Source of the DNA: Leucoraja erinacea
Lineage: Eukaryota
NCBI RefSeq assembly: GCF_028641065.1
Contig: NC_073389.1
Span: 24,924,001 to 24,988,000, forward strand
Direction of reading: 5' to 3'
Length of the DNA: 64,000 nucleotides
A program made the translations under genes and the position numbers. Each line of letters opens with the position of its first letter. The stretch's first letter is position 1. The notes under the pieces were generated by a model. That model searched no databases and was not told the origin of the DNA. It saw nothing but the letters and a program-made list of their open reading frames with translations. Below are positions 56,644-64,000 of this stretch, in pieces.

Positions 56644-58357
56644 CCTTGATGCTGAAGGAAGATCCTAATCTGAAATGTCACATTATCCATGTTCTCCAAA
56701 GATGCTGCCTGACCAGCTGAGTTACTCAACCACTTTGTGTCTTTCCTTGATGCCACACTCGGTCAAATAATATTGTATGTCGCTGACTGTTACTTCACCT
56801 CACCTCTGCAATTGAGTTCTTGCATCCATGTTTCACTCAAGATTAATGTCATGACATCTATAGCTGTGTGGTCCCAGCAAAATTCAAAATATGTATAATT
56901 GTACAAGTTACTCAGGAGTATGCGCCACATCATAGTAATGTCAACAACATCCATTACTTTGCTGTAGGCTGTTAGATTGAGTGGGTGATAATTAGTCAGG
57001 CAGATCTTGCATTTTGCATTGTTTTCACATTGTCAGATAGATGGCAGTGTTGGAACTGTACTGGAACTGTTTGACCAGCAGTATGTTGAGTTCTGGAGTG
57101 TACATCTTCAGTACTACAGCCAGGATGCCACCTGGTCTTCTCACCTTTTAAACTGTCAACTCTGAATTGGTTTCATTTGGAGTGAACAGAAATGGCTGAA
57201 AACTGCCATCTGTGATTGTGGGCTCTCAGGAGGAAGAAGCAGAGATGCATCATAGATTTGTCACTTCTTGCTAAATAACGTGGGAGCAAGTGGTTCAACT
57301 TTATCTTCTGTATTCACACACTAGTTTATGCCCTTCGTTCCATTTTTGAGGATTGGAATTTTCATGTAGCTTCCTCCTTCCATTAACAGTTTAATTATTC
57401 ACCAACATTCACATCAGCATGAGAGAGGACTGCAAAGTTGTGATCTAGCACACTGGTTGTATGGTTGCTAGGCTCTCAAGGGCATGGTGTTTTTATTATT
57501 AATTGTTTATACTGTATTGTAACTTTACTATTTCACATCTCAATTTTAGATGCATCTAATGCCACTCCCTTTTGCATTTAAGTAGTATTGATTGTCATGT
57601 TGTTTAAAGGGTATGTGTGTTTTGGCCACAAGGATACAAATTATGGTGAAATGAATCTTTGCTACTCTGAATGGTCCTCATAGATGCCCTGTTGTTAGGT
57701 GCCAGACCTGTTCTGAGTATCTCATTGAGGATGATTATACTACCATGGAATATCCCAAAGGATGTACTTTGTGTGAATGTAGGACTACACCACCAATGCT
57801 GTCTGCAGCATTAATGAGGACAAGGTCATTTGGGTATATACTTCATCTTAACTGCCAGTCTGATATTTATATCCTCAGTGTTTGACCAGCTGGATCAGTG
57901 GCGGTGTTACTCAGCCATTCTTCAAAATGATCCTTCTCTTGGAGTATATTATTGTCCCAGTTACTCTCAGCACTTCTAATTGTTACTCAACATAGAGAAG
58001 CACTATTACATTAGCTGAGGTAGAGGGTGGGATATAATCACAAGGAGGATTCTTTTCCCTTATCCTGCTGCCACAAAACGTCAGGATGTATGTTGGGATT
58101 ATATTGGAGGAGTCTATCAGGTTGATTACATCATAGATTTCTGTAAGTAAATTATATGTATATTGATTGCTTAATGATTGATTGTTTGGAATAGATATCC
58201 AAAATTAATTGTACCAGACCCCAGATGTTCATGAGGTTGCATGGTCAACTGGACTATGAACAGCTTTACCGCTGTGTAGGAATTTAGTGTCTAGGTTGAA
58301 GGTGGTTAGGCCATCTAAATTACGATTGATTCGACTGAAAGATTATCTTAGAGGTTA

Positions 58358-59167
58358 AGGGGCTGTCCCACTGCGGCGACCTAATCCGCGAGTTCAGAAG
58401 AGTGTCTTTGACCTTCATGCTCGTGGGCACTCGCCTGGAAAACCTCGAGCTGGATCGACTGTCACGATGAAAAACCGCGAGCTGGATCGACCGTCAGCGA
58501 TGAAACCGCGAGCTAGATCACCCGATCTCACACACACACACACACACACACAAACACATCGCAAAGGTGGGGGCTAGGGAAAGCGGGGAAGCGCTGTCTG
58601 AAATTCACGCCCGCGATGAAGAGGAAGGTAAAAGATGGCTGCACAGTGTACGGTAAGTCCTTTAGAGAGTGCGGATGGGGAGGGGAGAGAAGGGGAGAGA
58701 GGGGGAGAGAAGGGGAGAGAAGGGCGGAGGGGGGGAGAAGGAGTGGAGACACTTTTTAAGAAGACAGACATCTTATAATAAAGTTTAGCGGGCATTTTAC
58801 CTACCGGTCGGTTTTCCTTGGTCCTGAAAACTCCAATGAGCCAATTAAAATGCCCGGTCAGCGAAGGAGATTGCCTACGGCTGCCCTCGACTGCATGTAA
58901 CTAAATAGCGACCCCACTCCACTGCTCTACGAGTTAAAAAGAACCATGCCGACCAATATTTACTTGCGGAAATGTTTTTAACTTGCTGAAAAATTTCCGC
59001 GACCTAGCTGAGGCTCCGAGTATGCGGGAACTTCCCTCGAGCATGAAGGAGAGTTCCAGTGACCTCATAGGACATCCTAGAACTACGTGTCGACCATGTT
59101 GCGAGTTTGAGTCGAGTGCAAACACTTTTAAACTCGCAAATTAGGTCGCTGCAGTGGGACAGCCCCT
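58358..59167. mobile_element. PIF/Harbinger-like MITE, copy 3, with internal (CA)n and purine repeats
   Basis: TIR aggggctgtcccactgc...gcagtgggacagcccct, TTA TSD. Confidence 0.85.
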
Positions 59168-59752
59168 TTAGTCAACTGTACTGCCATGGATCAGAAATCA
59201 CAAATGCCCATCCAAGTCAAATTTGTCCCTTCAAGGTAATTGGTAAACCAGATCAACTATTATGGCACTCCAGTGGTTAAATGATGGCCATTATGGAGAC
59301 TAGTTAATCCCACATTGTTCAATCTACTGAATTTATATCCTACTGCTGCCATTGTGGGAATTCAACTTGCGTTTTATGGATTGTTTGACTAGGCCTCCAC
59401 ATTGCTAGCCTAGTGTTTTAATTACTGTGCCCTCACCATATCTTCAGCCTTTTAGCATTCCACTGAAGCTTAACATAAACTTGAAGAACTGATCTTGACT
59501 TTCAACACACATATTAGTCTTATGGACTCAACGCATGCATCAGCCTGAGAAAACTAAAAACCTGAACACCTTTCGAAAAAACTTTATTGATAGTATTGTT
59601 AAACAAAGTGTTCCTGTCCGTCCTAAGGGACTTTGTTCAGCTATAACTGTGACAATAAGTGCTACATTTGAAAGGTTTAACAGTAACAAGTTATTAAGTT
59701 GAATAATTGTCTCTAATTATTGGAATTCATGTACTTCACTTTCAGTTAACTA

Positions 59753-59938
<186 letters not shown>

Positions 59939-61239
59939 TTAAATTAAACCAATGGTATGAACAAGCACATACCTCAAATACTGCATTCATGTGTTTCAAT
60001 CACATAAATGTGCAATAATTGAATCTCTCAACCCTAACAGAAGAACAGAATGTATCCTTAGTAATAAGGTAGAACTTCATTTGCAACAAGGTCAAAGTTT
60101 GGTTGCTCACTTCTGTTCACTTCAGGAAATTTAAATGAAAGCAAGAACAATACAAGTATTAAGATGATATTTAAGACAATTGTTTGACTACTTTTTTTTA
60201 AACCTGCATAGGGCAAGACTTGCATTGAAAAATTAGAACACATGTTGACCAACAATACAACACAAGATAGTCATCGTGGACACTAGACTGTCTGATACTC
60301 CTTTGTTGGTCTCTGAAACAGATCAAATGATCAAACTTGAATAAAACAGAATGGACTGACAGGCAAAAAGAATTGTATAGCTGCTCATTCTCATGAGAGC
60401 TTTGCACAACAATCTCTGTAGCAGACAAATTGTTATTTTGTTCACATTCTTAATTTCTCTCAAACACCTTTAATTATTAACTCCCCTTAACAAGTTCTCA
60501 ATTTTTTTACACAATATTGTAAGAGTAGCTTTCAAATTTAGTATAATTGCAAAGCATGAGATTTTACATAGAATGAATGGAGATAAATCCAATGATAATC
60601 ATTTTATGCTGATTTCCAGCTACTTCAAAATGAATAGGTTTAGTTTTAATAAAAATCTCACACACCTTTCAGTTCTTCCTAGGATCCAATGTGCATGAAA
60701 CACCAATTAAAATGTTTTCTGCCCCAAGACAATTTAGTTAAGAGAGATTTCAAAATAACCTTAGAAACTCTGTTCATAAAATACATAGGAAAATAGAAAA
60801 ATACAGTCAAGGCAGAAACAGAAACTCAGAACATTTTAAAATGTATAGTTTCTCTTCCATTTTCGCGCTGAAGGTTTTAAACTTGTGTAATATTCCACTG
60901 ATAAAAGTCTTCCTACGTGAATCTTGTTTGAGTGGTGATTCTTCATGTGTGAGACAAGTGAACAATTTTGCTAGACTGTTTGTTCAGGCCTAGTCAAGCA
61001 TAATGTCCAATGGGGAAGGAGCAAGTGAATATGCTGTATTCTTAGGTCAGGCACCCCATTAAAGTTCAAAGATCAAATCTGGGAATAATGGCTTAACATT
61101 CTGAGCTTTTTAGAAATTTAAGGATTAATTATTGAATGATAAGGTCAAACAACGCCTCGGCACATCAAATTTATGCTGATCATTAAGTATCCACCTCTTC
61201 TACTTACGCCTTCTACCGCATGACCCACGGCCTTCTTAT

Positions 61240-62815
61240 AGGTATGTTGCAAAGCCTACCTGAAGCATCGCTGAAAATCTGTCCCAGCCCGGGTGCGCGA
61301 TTTTGGCGCCGTTTAGAGGGGGGCGGGTTTAAAACGCGATTTTTCCTAGGCTGTTCAAATTGCGTTTTTTCAGCCTAGTTAATTATTAGCTAAAAATCGC
61401 TGGAAGATTCCGTCGCTTGAGCTATGAATAGAATAGTTTCTTTATTGTCATTGTAACATGGGCCATGTACAACGAAATTTAAAATGTCAGCCAGTCAGTG
61501 CAGCATTCAAACATTTCTAAAGCTAACGAAACATCCACGGTAAAATAATAAAGATAAGCAAATAAATAAATATCACAGACAAAGCACGCATACACACCCA
61601 ACCCTCCATCCTTCTGTCGATTTCACCGTTACCACAGTCCCTTAGTCTGTATCGCCCCTGCGTTCCTTGGCGGCTACATTTAGTGCTTTTATAGCAGTGG
61701 GGTAAAAACTGTTTTTTAGTCTATTTGTCCTTGTCCTTGTGGATCTGTACCGTCTGCCTGACGGCAACAGTTCAAACAGGGAGTGTCCGGGGTGGGAGAT
61801 GTCCTTTATTATATTCTGGGTTTTTTTGGTGCAGCGGGAACTGTGTAGGTCCTCCAAGGTAAGGAGAGGGCAGCCGACAATCCTCTGGGCGTTGTCAATG
61901 GCCCTCTGGAGCGCTTTCCTCTGAGCCGCTGTGCAGCTGGTGTACCACACGCATACACAGTATGTTAGTATGCTCTCAATGGAGCACCGATAAAAGGACA
62001 GCAGCAGCCTCTGAGTGATGTTGTTCTTCCTGAGCACCCTCAGGAAGTGCAGTCTCTGCTGGACCTTTTTCAGCAGCGCAGTGGTGTTCACGCTCCACGT
62101 CAGGTCCTCCTCAATGTGGATTCCCAGGAAGCGGAAATCCGCCACCCTCTCTACACAGTCCCCTCTGATGGTCAGTGGTACCATGTCCGTTTTGTTTTTC
62201 CTGAAGTCTATTATTACCTCCTTCGTCTTTGAGGTGTTGAGGAGCAGGTTATTTTCTTCGCACCACACTGTCAGCTGCTCCACCTCATCCCGGTAGGCGT
62301 ACTCGTCCTACTCGTACTATGATTAGTTTTAAGGGCTTTCCTTACTTGTTATAGTAGGTTAAAAATTAACCTCTAAACCCCCGACCGCCGACAACGGGCC
62401 AGATCTCATACAGGGGACAACAGAAGGTAGGCTGTTTATTTTTACGTTAAAAGGGGCTTCTTAAGATCCCTTTATACAAAGTTTAATGTTGCGAGTAGCT
62501 AATTTTGGGCCCATTATATCCCGCAGTATTTTTCTGGGCATTTGAGGGCACAAATCTACCGCAATGTGAACGTTCTAAACCAGCGCGTTCACAGGATCTC
62601 ACTAGAAAGCTGATTTAAATTGACATTAATTTACAGCAATTGAACACTAAATTCCTTCCATTTGGCCTATAAATTAATGTAAATGAGATTTAAAAATCAT
62701 GTTTTATCGTGAATTATTTGTGAATATTATTTGGACACTTAGGCTATTTAAAAATGTTAATCATTTATTAAGAAATGGATAAATGTTTAGATCTAGTAAT
62801 TGAAGTTTGTAATTA
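61240..62815. repeat. Unclassified CpG-containing interspersed repeat interrupted by the Rex LINE
   Basis: Composition differs from flanks and continues on both sides of the LINE TSD. Termini not resolved. Confidence 0.45.
61428..62316 (-). mobile_element. Rex1/Babar-type LINE 3' portion
   Basis: Open 213-aa frame (WCEENNLLLNTSKTKE, FLGIHI, QQRLHFLR, LLPSGRRYRS), (ctatt)n tail, ctatga duplicated on both sides. Confidence 0.88.
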
Positions 62816-63595
62816 GCAATTTTTTGTTGCAATGAAAAATAGTTAAATAAATTAAAATGTAAGCAATGGTAAATTGATTTGGATTCATTTGTTCAATTTT
62901 AAAGTCATCTGTAATTCTAATTGGGTAAATAAAATGTGCTTATTTTTACTGTACAACATAATGTAACCTGCTCTCTCATACATTGCAGAAAACATGAAAT
63001 TGCTATAAATGCTGTATAATTAAATGATGTGTTTAATCACAGTATTTTGCGATATATTTTCCTCTCCTACTTTCCTAAAAGCATTGAGAATTTTGTTGGC
63101 CCAATTATAGTGAGGCAACCCTCTAGTACTTCATCAAAATTGGACAGAGCTGCACTGTCCTGGACATAAGTGATTGCATGGATTTGTTGCCTGGACATCC
63201 TACCTGGATTTGTTATTTCCAGACAGAGGAACAAACCTAAAAATTCTCCCTAAAGGTGGAGCAAACTCCAAGTTCAATTGTTCCTCAGAAGAGCACACCA
63301 CTGAGTCTTACAGAACACTTTGATAACAACTATGCCAAATTCCTTTGAATAGTTTTTGAATGCCTCGAATGGGTGGATACATGAAAACATTATTCAAATA
63401 GATTTAAATAATTAAAAACAAAAACCATTAAAATATATACAGAAATGTAATTATTTTTAATTAGTGTATACTAACAAATAATTAAATGTATTAAAATGAA
63501 ATAAAAGTGAATATATCACAAGCACCCATGCAAGGGTCAGAAACCCATCCAAATGAAGATCGCCAGCCTATGGTGGTATAAAGCCGAGCATGTTA

Positions 63596-63826
63596 TGCCC
63601 CTGTCCCACTTAGGAAACCTGAACGGAAACTTCTGGAGACTTTGCGCCCCACCCAAGGTGTCCGTGCGGTTCCCGGAGGTTGCTTGTCAGTCTCCCTACC
63701 TGCTTACAGGTACCTGCAACCAGGTAGGTAGACTGACAAAAACCTCCGGGAACCGCACGGAAACCTTGGGTGGGGCGCAAAGTCTCCAGAGGTTTCCGTT
63801 CAGGTTTCCTAAGGGGGACAGGGGCA
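63596..63826. mobile_element. Fold-back Harbinger-like MITE
   Basis: tgcccctgtcc...ggacaggggca with near-perfect long arms, TTA TSD. Confidence 0.85.
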
Positions 63827-63862
63827 TTACTGCCCAGCTCCTGAACTCAATATTGATCCCAG

Positions 63863-64000
63863 TCTTCTTCTTCTTGCGTATGGCGTGCACAGCCTAAAGT
63901 TGTACGACAACTTGTTCTATTTGATCTTATTTGATTGTGCACGCTGGGTTGATTGCATTCGTCGAAACAGGGCGGACCACGTGAAGGTTGCAATCTCCCA
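63863..64000 (-). mobile_element. 3' end of a retroposon with (aag)n tail, runs off the window
   Basis: (ttc)n run on the plus strand followed by a CpG-containing body. Confidence 0.45.

Larger units (their letters stand above)
55490..59420 (-). mobile_element. Old, degraded CR1/L2-group LINE hosting nested insertions
   Basis: Minus-strand remnant GVPQ...TFSCFIND near 56230-56292. Boundaries approximate. Confidence 0.55.

Noticed and set aside
58440-58520. Repeated gagctggatcgac units resembling a CRISPR-like array
   Set aside because: Subterminal repeats of the Harbinger-like MITE, with no unique spacers, in a eukaryotic context.

Overview
Vertebrate genomic DNA, most likely a cartilaginous fish such as a skate or ray (inferred from the repeat content and protein divergence). 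The window holds the DDX3X(+) - NYX(+) - CASK(-) block, in the same order and orientation as human Xp11.4. It contains: (1) a complete 17-exon DDX3X/PL10 gene (CDS 788-30577, 662 aa by my exon sum) with a CpG-island promoter, a GC-AG last intron and conserved 3'UTR blocks; (2) an intact nyctalopin gene with two coding exons (about 469 aa); (3) the last exons of CASK, including a 27-nt microexon. Most short ORFs in the supplied track are spurious or are transposon fragments. The most notable observations are: a decayed ancestral DDX3X N-terminal exon in intron 3 with stops at Arg positions; a two-copy ~800-bp composite TIR element with 6-bp TSDs carrying a hammerhead-like Penelope fragment; many minimal hammerhead-like motifs in a palindromic Penelope-derived repeat; a 29-bp P-element-like footprint with a perfect 8-bp TSD; an internally deleted CR1 retaining an esterase ORF1; and a three-layer nested insertion. 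No databases were searched; homology statements come from recalled sequences and need checking.
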